From an uncultured Bacteriovoracaceae bacterium (GTDB lineage Bacteria; Bdellovibrionota; UBA1018), in contig CAYILR010000014.1 of NCBI GenBank assembly GCA_964364175.1, positions 4,335 to 68,334 on the forward strand: 64,000 nt of DNA. The letters run 5' to 3'. Of the stretch, positions 44,902 through 55,741 are shown in pieces. Every line of letters begins with the position of its first letter. Position 1 is the stretch's first letter. The notes under the pieces were generated by a model, which saw nothing but the letters and a program-made list of their open reading frames with translations, made no database searches and was not told the DNA's origin. A program made the translations under genes and the position numbers.

Positions 44902-47589
44902 TTACTGACCGGCTTCGATGATTGCAGCCAGTTGCTCGCGCATCGATTCCCAGTCATCCGGATTCGTGGACCAGCTGATGTCGGTACGAGTCCAGGTAGG
45001 ATCAGACTGCATGGTCACGTCGTTCTCCCACATGATTTTCGGAACCATCTGATTCACGATTGCATCTACCGCAGTAGGATTGATCGCACGCGCTAAGGTC
45101 AGATAGTCGACGTCTTGAACACCTCGTCTCCAATGTTTCAATCGGAGGCTGGCGACTGGGCCATTCAAGCCGAGTGAGTCAGCTGGGAACACCATGTCGG
45201 TTCCGGGGTAGAAAAGTACTCCGTCGCCGTTGCAGTGGTTCCAGCCCGTTTCACCCGTGCTGGAGCTGATTCCAGTTTTTCCGCCGAAGGTCTGAGCATC
45301 ATGGAAGAGGTTATTCTGGCCTCGACCGCTCTGGTAGTCTTTGTAGTAAGTCGACTCCCAGAAGAACCAACGAGAGATTTTCTTTTTAAACTGAGTCCAA
45401 GGCACCACTCGGAGAGCGACACCATCGTCTTCAGTTGCATAAGAACCTGTCGCAGGTCTTTTTCCGTTGTAGCTGTAGAACTTCTTATTTGAAGAAGCCA
45501 ATACAGTTTGGTTGGCGTTTTCGTATTCAGCCTTCTTAGCCACGGCGAACCAACTCGCCATGATGTTCAGAGAAGGCGTGTAGGTCAGGGCACTCGGCAA
45601 CGGGATGGTTGCAAAGGTCGGCAGCGATCCACCGATTCCGGTGTTGCTAGCGGCCCAACCAGCCCACATTTCGGTTTGGGCGTAGTTCGTGCTCTCATCA
45701 ATGAGGTACACGAAACGCTCAGTCGAAGGGCTGTTGGTTCTGAACCACTGTTCCCAGTTGTTCATATGGGATTGCATGGAGTCCTGAGTGGTCCACTGCG
45801 ACCGCCACGATCCATAGGTATGAATCGAGTAGACGTTGTTTCCAGTGCCAACGCCTGGGCCATCATAGCCGTTAGCGCCAGTGTACAGCGAACCGTTCAA
45901 GCGACTGACCCATTCTGCTCGAGGACGATCTTGGGTCCAGGAGTCTGAACCAGGGTTCGAGTCGATCATCGAGAGTTTATGTCGATGAGCGAGCAAGAAG
46001 TGCTTGTCTCTGATTTGCACAGCAGACGAGCTGGCTGCAGTTCCGGGGTTAGGATATGGATTTCCTAAATATCGTTCGTTGATATCGGGGAAACCCGCAT
46101 AGACCATGGTTTTTGAGCTAGGCTCGTCTGGGAGAGCAAAGTTCTTCACCTTCAGCTCGACTGGAACAGTGCGAACCACTGTGCCGTTCAAGGAGATGGA
46201 GATGTTCCCAGTGTAGAGTCCAGCCGGAGCATTTTTTGGGACATAGACGTCTACCCAAATGCTTTGGTTTTTAGCCGCTGCGATATTGAAAGCTCCGTTA
46301 GCTTCCATCGGCACAGCGATTTCTGGGTAGAACTTGTCATGGTCCGGACGTTGAGCCCAGGTACCCGAACCGATGCCTTCACCGGTATAAGGTCTGCGCA
46401 TACGTTTTGGAACATGGCGCTCGTCATAAGTATCGTATGACAAGGCGCTCAAGCCTTTGATTTGTAAATAACGAACGTGGAAGAGTTCGATATTACGATT
46501 GACCCAGTTAAACACACCGTTGCCGGTAGTAGGTGCAGAACTGATAACTGCACCATTGGGGCCTGTGAGTTGATTAAAGCTCACATTCACCAAATTGGCG
46601 GACTGACTTGCGGCTTCGAGGACTAGGTTGAAGCCCACGACTTCGTTCTTAGCTCCGAAGGCGGAAATTTTCGTTCCGTTCCAGAGTTTGTTGACGACAG
46701 AAGCCGGTGCAGAGCTGGCACGCAATTCGTCTTGAGTGACCTTGTTGCCACCATCGTTCGCCCAAATTGCACTGATTGCGATCGGGCTAGGAGTTGGAGT
46801 TGGGGTCGGAGTGGGCGTCGGTGTTGGAGTAGGCGACGGACTCGGACTTGGGCTCGGAGAAGGGGATGGTGATGGACTAGGTGACGGTGAGGGGCTCGGA
46901 CTTGGCGTCGGGCTTGGAGTAGGCGACGGAGTCGGAGTGGGTGTAGGGGTTGGAGTGGGTGTCACGCTTGGAACTGGCGCAGGCACATTGAGGTAAGTGA
47001 TTTCTGCTGTTACATTATCAACGAGATAAGTGACGGCAGTGGAGCCTTGAAGAGTAATGCGCATATTCACTGTCGAAATCACTCTCTTGGAATCCAGAGG
47101 CAAAATGGTTGAAACAGTGCCAACAGTACCGGCAATTTTACTGACAGGCGAACATTGCTCAACCATCGCGTTTGCATTGGTGTAAAGCACGTCGGCGCAT
47201 ATCATCACTTGCGATGAAGCACTGGTCGTTATGCCTTTGAAAGTTCCAGCTACCCGGAGTTGAGTAGCGTACTTAGATTGAAGAGAAGATGCTGGCAGAC
47301 TCCACCAGGCATTGCTGCCCCAGCGTGACATCCTGACACGCAAGCTGCCTGAACCCGAAATAGGTCCTGATGTAGTTCTCGTAGCAGAGTCGGTAGAGAG
47401 CTGAACATAATATCCAGCGTTACTTGATTCGAATCCCGGGTCAGAAATAAGATTTCCTGACGTACCGCTAATATGTGCGACACTGGATTCGAATCCCGGT
47501 TCTTTTGAATTACCGCAAGCAGCCAAGGCTGTTGCAATTGCTGAAGCAAGAAACACACGTCCATAGGACGTAAAAATATGCGTTTTCAC
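44902..47589 (-). CDS. Lipoprotein with CBM-like domain, Pro-Thr/Pro-Ser linker and GH123-like (DUF4091) domain
   Basis: Lipobox [13 protein letters not shown], (PT/PS)n linker, [15 protein letters not shown] and [17 protein letters not shown]. Confidence 0.75.
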   Translation of the reverse strand: MKTHIFTSYGRVFLASAIATALAACGNSKEPGFESSVAHISGTSGNLISDPGFESSNAGYYVQLSTDSATRTTSGPISGSGSLRVRMSRWGSNAWWSLPASSLQSKYATQLRVAGTFKGITTSASSQVMICADVLYTNANAMVEQCSPVSKIAGTVGTVSTILPLDSKRVISTVNMRITLQGSTAVTYLVDNVTAEITYLNVPAPVPSVTPTPTPTPTPTPSPTPSPTPSPSPSPSPSPSPSPSPSPSPSPSPTPTPTPTPTPTPTPSPIAISAIWANDGGNKVTQDELRASSAPASVVNKLWNGTKISAFGAKNEVVGFNLVLEAASQSANLVNVSFNQLTGPNGAVISSAPTTGNGVFNWVNRNIELFHVRYLQIKGLSALSYDTYDERHVPKRMRRPYTGEGIGSGTWAQRPDHDKFYPEIAVPMEANGAFNIAAAKNQSIWVDVYVPKNAPAGLYTGNISISLNGTVVRTVPVELKVKNFALPDEPSSKTMVYAGFPDINERYLGNPYPNPGTAASSSAVQIRDKHFLLAHRHKLSMIDSNPGSDSWTQDRPRAEWVSRLNGSLYTGANGYDGPGVGTGNNVYSIHTYGSWRSQWTTQDSMQSHMNNWEQWFRTNSPSTERFVYLIDESTNYAQTEMWAGWAASNTGIGGSLPTFATIPLPSALTYTPSLNIMASWFAVAKKAEYENANQTVLASSNKKFYSYNGKRPATGSYATEDDGVALRVVPWTQFKKKISRWFFWESTYYKDYQSGRGQNNLFHDAQTFGGKTGISSSTGETGWNHCNGDGVLFYPGTDMVFPADSLGLNGPVASLRLKHWRRGVQDVDYLTLARAINPTAVDAIVNQMVPKIMWENDVTMQSDPTWTRTDISWSTNPDDWESMREQLAAIIEAGQ
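46781..46985 (-). repeat. Coding low-complexity repeat (PT/PS linker)
   Basis: Degenerate 6-bp periodicity encoding more than 30 xP dipeptides. Confidence 0.85.
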
Positions 47590-47816
47590 GACACACTCTC
47601 CTTATTGTTGATAAGTTCGGACTTGAGAGCAGGTAAAATACGTCCCGCGACCTGGTGGAATAAGTCCGGCTAGTTTTTCTGGATCAATATACTTATCGGC
47701 TGATTGGATGGCCGAGTAAGGCCATTAACAATGCAACGCAATTCGTTGAGATCAATGAATCTTGATTGCATGCTGTGATGCAGGAGGTTAGATTTTGAGG
47801 GCGGGGAACAGTAGAA

Positions 47817-48929
47817 ATGTCAAAGTATCAGATTCAGCATGAAATCGAGCGCCTGGACTGGAGCGGGTGCTGGAAAAACGGAAAGTCAGTGCTGGATGTT
47901 CAGATAAAAAGTGCTGGATTTTGGGCAAAAAAAGACAATCTTCACACAGTGATTGAATCCCAAGTTTTAGAAAAAGAACCCGAACTAAAAAATTTCCTAG
48001 AACTCAAGAATCAAGTCAGAAGATTCTCGTCGGATTTTGATGAAGTGAATCTCACAGCGCAAAGTGTAAAAAAAACTCTGCGGATGAGCATGCATCCCAA
48101 ACACACGGTTCAAAGAGAGTACTTCGAGCTGCACATTCGAAAGGGCGCTCAAACCTGGAAGTTGGTTTCTCCTTTGAATCATGATTGCAACCAGACGGTA
48201 CAAAATTGGGTCATGAGATTGAGAGAGTTTTTTTCCACCCAAGCTGATTTGGGGCATTTTGCGTTCCGCCAAGTTGAGTTTATGAAGCCAGCTTTCGCAC
48301 AAGTCCTTTATTATGCTTTGGGAAAAAGACTAAATGAGAGATTTTCCACCCAACCCATCCAGTGGCCAAAAGATTGGAAGTCCTTCCCGGTTTGTAACTT
48401 TGATGTTTGGGATGTGCCAGGAGAGAGTGATTGGCTGGGGTACGCTCCCTATGGAGATGATGGTGTCCAGGGTAAGCGGGTTAAGATCTATGATGGAAAG
48501 AACGGGGAACAAAACTTCGTTTCTGCACGAACGGGTAATTCGCGTTGTTTGGATTTTCAGCAGTCCCCAGAAGTTCACACCCGGAGTTTATTGGTGAAGA
48601 GCACAGACGAAAAACCTCCCAAAGATAGGCAATCCACACTGATTGTAGAAAATTGCGAAAGCGTAGTGTTGCGAGGTGACGTGGTTGAAGTCATCACAAA
48701 CATGCAGTGGATGATGAGCCCCTACAAAAAAATGCTCAGCCTGCCGCCACTCAAAATTTTGGTGCCTCTGAGCGCAATCCCACGTTTTCAAGTTTTTGAG
48801 GACAGCAAGCCATTCCATTTCATCGACGGCAACGACGGACGGTTGTCCCATGGGATTGGAATCACCGTGAAGTGTCCGTCGGGCTGGGCGCGGAGCCGTC
48901 TCTGCGGGATTTCGTTTGAGCCTTTGTGA
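47817..48929 (+). CDS. Hypothetical protein
   Basis: 370-aa ORF, GTGA-coupled to the next gene. No motif recognised. Confidence 0.65.
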   Translation: MSKYQIQHEIERLDWSGCWKNGKSVLDVQIKSAGFWAKKDNLHTVIESQVLEKEPELKNFLELKNQVRRFSSDFDEVNLTAQSVKKTLRMSMHPKHTVQREYFELHIRKGAQTWKLVSPLNHDCNQTVQNWVMRLREFFSTQADLGHFAFRQVEFMKPAFAQVLYYALGKRLNERFSTQPIQWPKDWKSFPVCNFDVWDVPGESDWLGYAPYGDDGVQGKRVKIYDGKNGEQNFVSARTGNSRCLDFQQSPEVHTRSLLVKSTDEKPPKDRQSTLIVENCESVVLRGDVVEVITNMQWMMSPYKKMLSLPPLKILVPLSAIPRFQVFEDSKPFHFIDGNDGRLSHGIGITVKCPSGWARSRLCGISFEPL

Positions 48930-49759
48930 GTAAGTTCGAAATCGTCACACTTAAAACGGGCATCAAAAGCCTACGTTCTTTGGAGTATCAAGAAACGTTC
49001 CATCCCGTCACGGGACCCTGGGCAGAAGCTCAGATTTTACATGTCGATCAGCAGGGGTTGCGCGAGAGAAGTCAGGAGTTCGAAAAATTCGTGATTTGGG
49101 ACGTCGGGTTTGGAGCAGCGGCTAATTCTCTCGCTGCTGTTGCGGCTCTTCAAAATCTTTCTGGGAATGTGACCATTCATAGTTTTGAGAAGGATCTGTC
49201 TTCACTTCAGTTTGCTCTCAGTTATGCGGGTGAACTGGGATATCTGGAAGAGTTCCGACCTTTGCTCGAGAAGCTTCTTGAATCAGGGGTTGCTCAAATC
49301 CGAGAAGATTTTTTGTGGAAGCTACATGTGGGTGATTTTCGAAAGCAGCTTGAGAACTCCGGTTTGCCTTCGCCTCACGCAATTCTGTATGACCCATATT
49401 CGCCCCAGAGTAATCCGGAAGTGTGGAATCTCGAGCATTTTGAGGCGCTCTACCTGCGATTGGATTCTAATGTTCCTTGTTTACTCACCAATTACACACG
49501 CTCAACAGCGGTCAGGGTGACATTATTGATGGCGGGATTCTTTGTCGGCCGGGGTTGTGAAGTCGGGGAGAAGGCCGAGACCACAGTAGTGAGCAATCGA
49601 TTGGATTTATTGCAGGATCCCTTGGGTCCGATTTGGTTGGATCGAGTTCGAGTTTCTGGGAATGCGGCTCCGATGCGTGGGGATGTTTATTCTCAAGGTC
49701 GAATTTCGCCTCAGGATTTCGAGAGGCTGTGCGCACACCCACAGTTTTGTACCGCCTAG
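48926..49759 (+). CDS. MnmC/MnmD-like tRNA methyltransferase domain protein
   Basis: ETFHP..G...EA, WDVGFGAAAN, YDPYSP..NPEVW and LLMAGF motifs. Confidence 0.8.
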   Translation: MSKFEIVTLKTGIKSLRSLEYQETFHPVTGPWAEAQILHVDQQGLRERSQEFEKFVIWDVGFGAAANSLAAVAALQNLSGNVTIHSFEKDLSSLQFALSYAGELGYLEEFRPLLEKLLESGVAQIREDFLWKLHVGDFRKQLENSGLPSPHAILYDPYSPQSNPEVWNLEHFEALYLRLDSNVPCLLTNYTRSTAVRVTLLMAGFFVGRGCEVGEKAETTVVSNRLDLLQDPLGPIWLDRVRVSGNAAPMRGDVYSQGRISPQDFERLCAHPQFCTA

Positions 49760-49763
49760 AACG

Positions 49764-49799
49764 CCAAAGGCCCCACCCGGTGAAGAGTGAGGCCTTTGG
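49764..49799. terminator. Hairpin between convergent genes
   Basis: CCAAAGGCC...GGCCTTTGG stem. Confidence 0.55.
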
Positions 49800-49846
49800 A
49801 TAATACCTAGTTTTAAAAAGAAATTGTTCGCACAATTTCAAACAAG

Positions 49847-50233
49847 TCAGTAGCGTCGGCCGCCGCGACCGCCACCGCCGCCGCCACGATCACGGTCACC
49901 ACCGCGTCCGCCGCCACCGCCGCCGTATCCGCCACCACCACCGCCGCCGTATCCGCCGCGACCACCGCCGCCGCCTTCACGAGGAACCATAGGTTTAGCT
50001 TCGTTCACGGTCATTGCACGACCTTCGAGGTCTGCGCCATTAAACTTGCTGATCGCTGCTTGAGCTTCTGCATCCGAACCCATTTCCACGAATCCGAAGC
50101 CTTTGCTTCGACCCGTGTCACGGTCGGTGATGATTTTAACAGACTCAACAGTTCCGCACTGTGCGAAAGTATCTGTGAGGAGCTGTTCGGTTGCTGAGAA
50201 TGGCAAATTGCCAACGTATAGTTTCTTACCCAT
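49847..50233 (-). CDS. RRM RNA-binding protein with Gly-rich tail
   Basis: RNP2 LYVGNL, RNP1 KGFGFVEM and RBS AAGGAGG. Confidence 0.95.
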   Translation of the reverse strand: MGKKLYVGNLPFSATEQLLTDTFAQCGTVESVKIITDRDTGRSKGFGFVEMGSDAEAQAAISKFNGADLEGRAMTVNEAKPMVPREGGGGGRGGYGGGGGGGYGGGGGGRGGDRDRGGGGGGRGGRRY

Positions 50234-50381
50234 GTAGACCTCCTTAAGGCCGGGAGCCACTAAAGAGGACATTGGGCACTATGCCCGCAAACTCAATAGA
50301 AGCGAATCAACTGATAAGAATAGTTATACCATAGCTTGATTTGTTTTGAACACTAGATTTTGGGTGGGTTCAGTGAAAACG

Positions 50382-50418
50382 AAAAAGCCCCGGTTTCATT
50401 GAAGAAACCAGGGCTTTT
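50382..50418 (-). terminator. Rho-independent terminator
   Basis: AAAAAGCCC-CGGTTTC...GAAACCA-GGGCTTTT, downstream of the 50463 gene. Confidence 0.7.
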
Positions 50419-50462
50419 AGATTTTTCAATCTCTTACTAATCAGCTTTGATTAGAAACGAGA

Positions 50463-50894
50463 TTAGAAGCCTACGAAACCTGCGCCGACGTCAGTTCCGT
50501 ACAAGCCAGTGCCTGCAGACATGAACACACCGTTGCTTAAAACCCAATAGACCACAACAACAACGCCCACTGCGATCGCAACGTTGCGAAGGATGGTGTA
50601 GTTTGCGCCGTGCAAGCTGCTGCCAGTGCTTTTTTGCAATTGCACAGAAGCGACGATGCCGTCGATGTCTTGTTTCAAGGTGCCTGCGAAATAAGAATCT
50701 TGCATTGCTTGAGCAATACGAGCGTATTCAGCAGCAGAAATGTGTGCTTGCAGGTATTCTGCAGCAGCTTCAGAAGACAATTGGGCAGCAACCAATTGAT
50801 CAGCGGTTTCGCGAACGATGCTAGCGGTGTCGCTAGCAAATGCTACTTGGCTCATCATGGCAAATGCCAATACTAAACTCATGATTTTTTTCAT
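50463..50894 (-). CDS. Exported hypothetical protein with C-terminal TM
   Basis: RBS GAAGGAG, signal peptide ending AFA and hydrophobic VAIAVGVVVVVYWVL. Confidence 0.75.
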   Translation of the reverse strand: MKKIMSLVLAFAMMSQVAFASDTASIVRETADQLVAAQLSSEAAAEYLQAHISAAEYARIAQAMQDSYFAGTLKQDIDGIVASVQLQKSTGSSLHGANYTILRNVAIAVGVVVVVYWVLSNGVFMSAGTGLYGTDVGAGFVGF

Positions 50895-51098
50895 AACAAC
50901 TACTCCTTCTTCTTCCTTTCGGAAGTTTGTTATGTCCTCAATACGTCGGTAACTGAGCGGTGAATTATAGTCGTAGTGCGTCAAAGTCAAGTGCTTATGT
51001 AAAAAATATTGTGATTTGCTCACCCCTCGTGATAGATGCATTGTGTCAAACGTATTGGCGGCCGTTAGAATGTCTTTATCTAAAATGAAGGAGTTCTT

Positions 51099-52688
51099 GT
51101 GGTCTTAGCATGCATTGTTTTTTTGATGGGTGTGGCTTCTGCAGCAGAAAATATTGAACGTCAGTGGGATGTCGTCGATTGGGATTCTGCAAAAAAATCA
51201 TTTGTGGATCGCACGGTGAGTCAAAGCGCGTTGCTCCTCAATTCTGAGCAGCAGTTCTCTACAAAAAATTTTTCGATTCACAAGAATTTTTCAGATGAAG
51301 TTTTTCAAATCCCTGAACGGGGGAAAAAACTCTCGAGTGATGCAAAGCTCGAATTGAAGCGAGCCTCAACTCTCGCGTTCCAACTCAATAAAATCGAGGC
51401 CTATTTTACACAACGTCTTCGTGAGGCAGGGCTGAACGAGCAAGTCATTCAATATGCGGACCCGGTGAAAATCCGATTTGATGCGGCTCACGAATTCTCG
51501 CCCACGCACTACTATGACCCAAAAGAAAAAAGAAGAAATACGGCCCTGAGCATCCCTCCATCGGATGCCAACGATGCCAAGGAGTATATTGAGAAAAATG
51601 GCCATGGCTGGAAGAGCGAAATCTGGTTTGCTCCCATGCTCTCGATCCCTTTGCTGGCAAGATACTCTCCTGATCGGGTTCTGGATGTGGCTCTTTGTCC
51701 TGACGTGATTTACCACGAGTATGCTCATTTAGTGACCGGGGCTTTCATTGGCAAAAATGTAATTGGCAGTGCATTGAGTGAAGGATTGTCGGATTATTTT
51801 GCGGCTTCTATGATCGATCATCCTGCTCTGTATGGCAGCAAGACTTGCCCGTCCGTCAAATGGCAGTTGTTCGTCAATGCATTTCGTTTCGATAAAAATA
51901 CATCAGAATATAGTCCGGCAATCGAGGAAAATTTCAAATCCAATCTTCATTTCGTGCCTTCTGTCTTGTGGCAGTACCGCAAGTATTTGAGAGCTGACCT
52001 GGCGGATAAGGTCATTCTCAGAGCAGTTTCGAAAAGCAGCCCAAAAACCCGGATTTATCCAGAGTTTGTGCAAATTCTTTCGGATGTGATTTTCGAAGAA
52101 ATTAAATCGACGGATGGAGAAGAAACTGCCTTGGCTCTGTTGAACACCATTGAACAGAACGTGATTCGCCCTCGCGCGTTGATGACTTCCTTTGGTGAGA
52201 ACGACACGATCTTTCCTGACCTTCCTCGTTATCAAATTGAAGTGCAAAATCCGGACAACAGATCATCTCAGGTCTGCAAGAATGAAAACCGGATGGTGTT
52301 TTATTGGGATCGGTTTTCGCGCGTCAATCCCAAGCTTTACGTCGAGTGGTTTTGTGATGGACTGAGAGTCCCCATGAAAGTCCAATTCCCCTTGAGTCCT
52401 TTTGCCTACCTAACCAGCAAGTTCCAAAAAGCGGGCGCTCTTGAAGGACGGATTTCAATGGCAAGTCCTGCAGCAAAAATCCCGAGCAAAAATTTGTCAG
52501 CTGCAGATCAAGCCCGGTACGCAAGGCTGATCAAGTACACCCAAGAGTATTACATAGGTGGGAGCGAAACAGCAGGCTCGATCAGTTTGAAACCTGCGCC
52601 AGCGAATGATCCATTGAATCGGCTTTTCGTCCTCAAGATGTATTATGGACGGCTGAGCGGTGACAGGACCTTTGAACTAGTGTTTTGA
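51099..52688 (+). CDS. Secreted gluzincin metalloprotease (M4/M36-like)
   Basis: DVIYHEYAH followed by ALSEGLSDYFA, plus a signal peptide. Confidence 0.75.
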   Translation: MVLACIVFLMGVASAAENIERQWDVVDWDSAKKSFVDRTVSQSALLLNSEQQFSTKNFSIHKNFSDEVFQIPERGKKLSSDAKLELKRASTLAFQLNKIEAYFTQRLREAGLNEQVIQYADPVKIRFDAAHEFSPTHYYDPKEKRRNTALSIPPSDANDAKEYIEKNGHGWKSEIWFAPMLSIPLLARYSPDRVLDVALCPDVIYHEYAHLVTGAFIGKNVIGSALSEGLSDYFAASMIDHPALYGSKTCPSVKWQLFVNAFRFDKNTSEYSPAIEENFKSNLHFVPSVLWQYRKYLRADLADKVILRAVSKSSPKTRIYPEFVQILSDVIFEEIKSTDGEETALALLNTIEQNVIRPRALMTSFGENDTIFPDLPRYQIEVQNPDNRSSQVCKNENRMVFYWDRFSRVNPKLYVEWFCDGLRVPMKVQFPLSPFAYLTSKFQKAGALEGRISMASPAAKIPSKNLSAADQARYARLIKYTQEYYIGGSETAGSISLKPAPANDPLNRLFVLKMYYGRLSGDRTFELVF

Positions 52689-53105
52689 AGGGCGGCCTTC
52701 CACGCTGAGGGCAAACCTCGTGAGGCCGTTCTGGCGAAGCACATCCATCAGGCGAATGACGTTGCCATGTGTGGCTGAAGTGTCTGCACTGAGATAGACG
52801 GTCTGCTCGGCGGCCTTTGCGCCCAAGGCCTTCAGTCTGACTTCGATTTCTTCCCAGGCCATGACCTTGCCATTCCATAGGACGCTACCTTCTTGAGTCA
52901 CCGTGAATGTCAGAGGCGAGGTTTGGCCGCTAGTGCTCTCTCCTGATTTCGCGTCAGGGAGTTTGACCTTGATGGCGGATTGATACATTACCGGCGCTGT
53001 TACCATGAAAACCACAAGGAGTACCAAAACAACATCGACGAGAGGTGTGACATTGATTCCTACGATGGAGTCGTCGTCGCCGGATGAGCTTGAGGTGGAT
53101 GCCAT
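52677..53105 (-). CDS. exbD: ExbD/TolR family protein
   Basis: INVTPLVDVVLVLLVVFMVTAP motif. Confidence 0.92.
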   Translation of the reverse strand: MASTSSSSGDDDSIVGINVTPLVDVVLVLLVVFMVTAPVMYQSAIKVKLPDAKSGESTSGQTSPLTFTVTQEGSVLWNGKVMAWEEIEVRLKALGAKAAEQTVYLSADTSATHGNVIRLMDVLRQNGLTRFALSVEGRPSKH

Positions 53106-53108
53106 GGG

Positions 53109-53771
53109 CTATTCTCCCAGTTTACCGATCATGAAGCTCTTGATCGCATCCGCATCGGTCAGGGCAGTTTTAACGCGTCTTTGAAAAAGATTGTAGGCGG
53201 CTACGGCAGGGATGGCAACCAAGATGCCCACCGCAGTGGCGATGAGCGCTTCGGAGATTCCCGACATAACGGTTTGTGGGCCAGCGCCCGTGCTTTCCTG
53301 CGCGAGGTGATGAAAGGCTTTGATGATGCCGAGGACGGTCCCAAAAAGCCCCACGAAGGGTGCGTTGTTGCCAATGGTGCCCAGGAAAACCAAGTTCTGG
53401 TCCCAGCGGGACTTGCTGCGCAAAATAGAGTCTTGGGCGATTTCTGAGAGGATATCGGGGGATTTTTTTGTGTCTGAACCGCTTCGGCAGTGTTGAAGCA
53501 GATCGGAGATCATCGTGGTTTCCAGATCTCCGGCGGTGGTTCCCATGTTGCGAGCACGTTCGTCCACGATTCGTGTGGCATCGTCGATGCGCTTAGCGGT
53601 CACTGCGTCACGAATTCGAGTTCTGAATTCTGGAAGGCCAGCCGTTGCTTTTTTGTAGAAGCGCGCGCGTTCCAACATGACGGCGACCGACATGACAGAA
53701 AGCAAAATCAGCAAATAGAGGACCCATTCCGCACCGACGAGAGATATTCCTAGAAAAAGACTTGAGATCAT
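53109..53771 (-). CDS. exbB: ExbB/TolQ/MotA family protein
   Basis: APFVGLFGTVLGI and GISEALIATAVG..VAIPA motifs. Confidence 0.92.
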   Translation of the reverse strand: MISSLFLGISLVGAEWVLYLLILLSVMSVAVMLERARFYKKATAGLPEFRTRIRDAVTAKRIDDATRIVDERARNMGTTAGDLETTMISDLLQHCRSGSDTKKSPDILSEIAQDSILRSKSRWDQNLVFLGTIGNNAPFVGLFGTVLGIIKAFHHLAQESTGAGPQTVMSGISEALIATAVGILVAIPAVAAYNLFQRRVKTALTDADAIKSFMIGKLGE

Positions 53772-53817
53772 ATAATAATTTCGTATCTGGAGTAGAGTGA
53801 ATTTACAAGGGGGATGA

Positions 53818-54969
53818 ATGGCCTACAATATTGTTACGGTGAACAAGATTCGAGATCGGTTTGTTTCGCATCCAAAACCTGATTATTGGAAAGATACTCC
53901 GCAGTCCGATTGGGACAACTGGATTTGGCAGCAGCAGAAGCGGATCAAGTCGATGGACACTTTGGAAAAAGTCATCCACGTCACCCAAGAAGAGAGGGAT
54001 GCATTTGCTCAATCGCACGAGATGTTCAATATGGGGATTACTCCTTACTACGCATCGTTGATTGATCCGAACGATCCCAACTGTCCGATCCGATTGCAGT
54101 CGGTGCCCAAAGCGGGCGAGTTGAATATTTCTGCGCACGATATGGAAGACCCGCTCGCGGAAGAGCGAGACATGCCAGTTCCCGGCATCACGCATCGTTA
54201 TCCGGATCGCGTGCTTTTTTACACCACTCACAATTGCCCCGTTTATTGCCGTCACTGCACGCGCAAACGCAAAGTTTCGGATCCTTCAAGTTCTGCCGCG
54301 AATAAGCAGCTGGAAGAAAGCTTGGAGTACATCATGGCCCACAAAGAAATCCGGGACGTCGTTATTTCTGGGGGGGACCCGTTGTCCAACTCGGATGATC
54401 GTCTGGAATATATTTTGTCACGCTTGCGGGCGATGGAGCATATTCAGGTTTTTCGTTTGGGAACACGCAACCTGGTGACATTGCCTCAGCGGATTACGGA
54501 TTCTTTTGCGCAGATGTTGCGTAAATACCATCCTGTTTTCGTGCATACGCATTTCAACCATCCCAAAGAAGTGACCAAAGAGACCTTCGACGCTTGTGCG
54601 AAGCTGGCGGATGCAGGTTGTGTGATCAACAACCAGATGGTTTTGCTCAAAGGAGTCAACGACAAACCCGAAATCGTCATGGAGTTGAATCACAAGCTTC
54701 TGATGATGCGAGTTCGACCCTATTATATTTTCCAATGCGATATGTCTCAGGGGATCAGCCACTTCAGGACACCGATCGAAACGGGCTTGAACATTATTGA
54801 GAAGCTGCGGGGCTGGACGAGTGGGATGGCTGTTCCTCACTACGTGGTGGATGCGCCGGGTGGTGGAGGCAAGATCCCGATGCTGCCGAATTACGTGGTG
54901 AAGCACGAAGGCAAGAAGTGGATTTTGCGCAATTACAAAAATAAACAATACGAGTATAACGAACCGTAG
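53818..54969 (+). CDS. kamA: KamA-family radical SAM (lysine 2,3-aminomutase-like)
   Basis: THRYPDR, CPVYCRHCTR, SGGDP, HFNHP, RPYY and DAPGGGGK. Confidence 0.9.
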   Translation: MAYNIVTVNKIRDRFVSHPKPDYWKDTPQSDWDNWIWQQQKRIKSMDTLEKVIHVTQEERDAFAQSHEMFNMGITPYYASLIDPNDPNCPIRLQSVPKAGELNISAHDMEDPLAEERDMPVPGITHRYPDRVLFYTTHNCPVYCRHCTRKRKVSDPSSSAANKQLEESLEYIMAHKEIRDVVISGGDPLSNSDDRLEYILSRLRAMEHIQVFRLGTRNLVTLPQRITDSFAQMLRKYHPVFVHTHFNHPKEVTKETFDACAKLADAGCVINNQMVLLKGVNDKPEIVMELNHKLLMMRVRPYYIFQCDMSQGISHFRTPIETGLNIIEKLRGWTSGMAVPHYVVDAPGGGGKIPMLPNYVVKHEGKKWILRNYKNKQYEYNEP

Positions 54970-55608
54970 ATGGAACGCCGAACTTGGATTTTTGGCTTGG
55001 GTGGAGCTGCCGTGGTTGCCGTTGCGATTGCCTGTTCTACGTTGCCCAAACACAAACATAAAAAATACATCTTCCCCAAAGAAGCGCACCTCGGGATTGA
55101 TCCCGGCTATCCTTTCGAGGTGATGGGCCCTGTCAAAGATAAGCAAGTCTGGGCCTCGCTCGACATGGAAAACGAGGAGAAGGATCTTTGTAAGAACTAC
55201 TTCAATCATGCTGCTGGTGAATTGCTGAAGTACGCGAAGAAGGCGGGTGGGGATGGTGTTATCGAGGTTCGTTCGGTCGTGTTTTTGATGGATGGTCGCA
55301 CGGAAACTTATGAGACGCCCGAGTGTTCGGATGATGGGGAAGAGGGGCAGGTTCTGGTGCAGGGAGTTGCTATCAAGCGCAAACGGCCGGGTGCTAGTCC
55401 GAGTCCAAGTCCATCGCCATCTGTTTCTCCGTCAGCTGAGCCATCGCCGGAAGCATCCCAGTCAGCCACTCGTGGGACTTGGAATGGAGTTCCGCTGAGA
55501 CCGCGTCCACGCCCGTCTCGCTTGATGCGGAATCGGCAGCGAGATGCCGAAAAAAGACAACCCAAGTTCGATCCCGAGCTGGACGGCGAGTCTACCGAGA
55601 CACACTGA
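54970..55608 (+). CDS. Lipoprotein with YbjQ-like domain and SP linker
   Basis: Lipobox AIA-C, AKKAGGDGVIEVR...QGVAIK and SPSPSP. Confidence 0.6.
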   Translation: MERRTWIFGLGGAAVVAVAIACSTLPKHKHKKYIFPKEAHLGIDPGYPFEVMGPVKDKQVWASLDMENEEKDLCKNYFNHAAGELLKYAKKAGGDGVIEVRSVVFLMDGRTETYETPECSDDGEEGQVLVQGVAIKRKRPGASPSPSPSPSVSPSAEPSPEASQSATRGTWNGVPLRPRPRPSRLMRNRQRDAEKRQPKFDPELDGESTETH

Positions 55609-55676
55609 CACGGTCAGTTTGTGCTGAGACACAGCTCAGCGATTTGCTAAACCCCTAATTTTACATAAAACCTGTG

Positions 55677-55694
55677 TTGGCACGCCTCGTGCTT
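55677..55694 (+). promoter_or_regulatory. Sigma-54 promoter
   Basis: TTGGCACGCCTCGTGCTT with correct GG-N10-GC spacing, about 50 bp upstream of ATG 55742. Confidence 0.7.
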
Positions 55695-55741
55695 TATCAA
55701 GTCCCATGAACCTTAACCCCCGTAGAAAGGAGGTTCAGCTT

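Noticed and set aside
46736-46996. GV-repeat ORF on the + strand
   Set aside because: It is the antisense shadow of the PT/PS linker.
47618-47668. Hairpin in the leader of the GH123-like gene as a riboswitch
   Set aside because: The stems are short (CGGACTT/AAGTCCG, CAGGT/ACCTG) and match no riboswitch consensus I recognise.
49850-49975. CCG-rich repeat
   Set aside because: It is the ordinary Gly-rich tail of the RRM protein.
54418-55209. 263-aa minus-strand ORF
   Set aside because: It is antisense to kamA and the lipoprotein and has no motifs. The same applies to 31636-32268 and 58407-59042.
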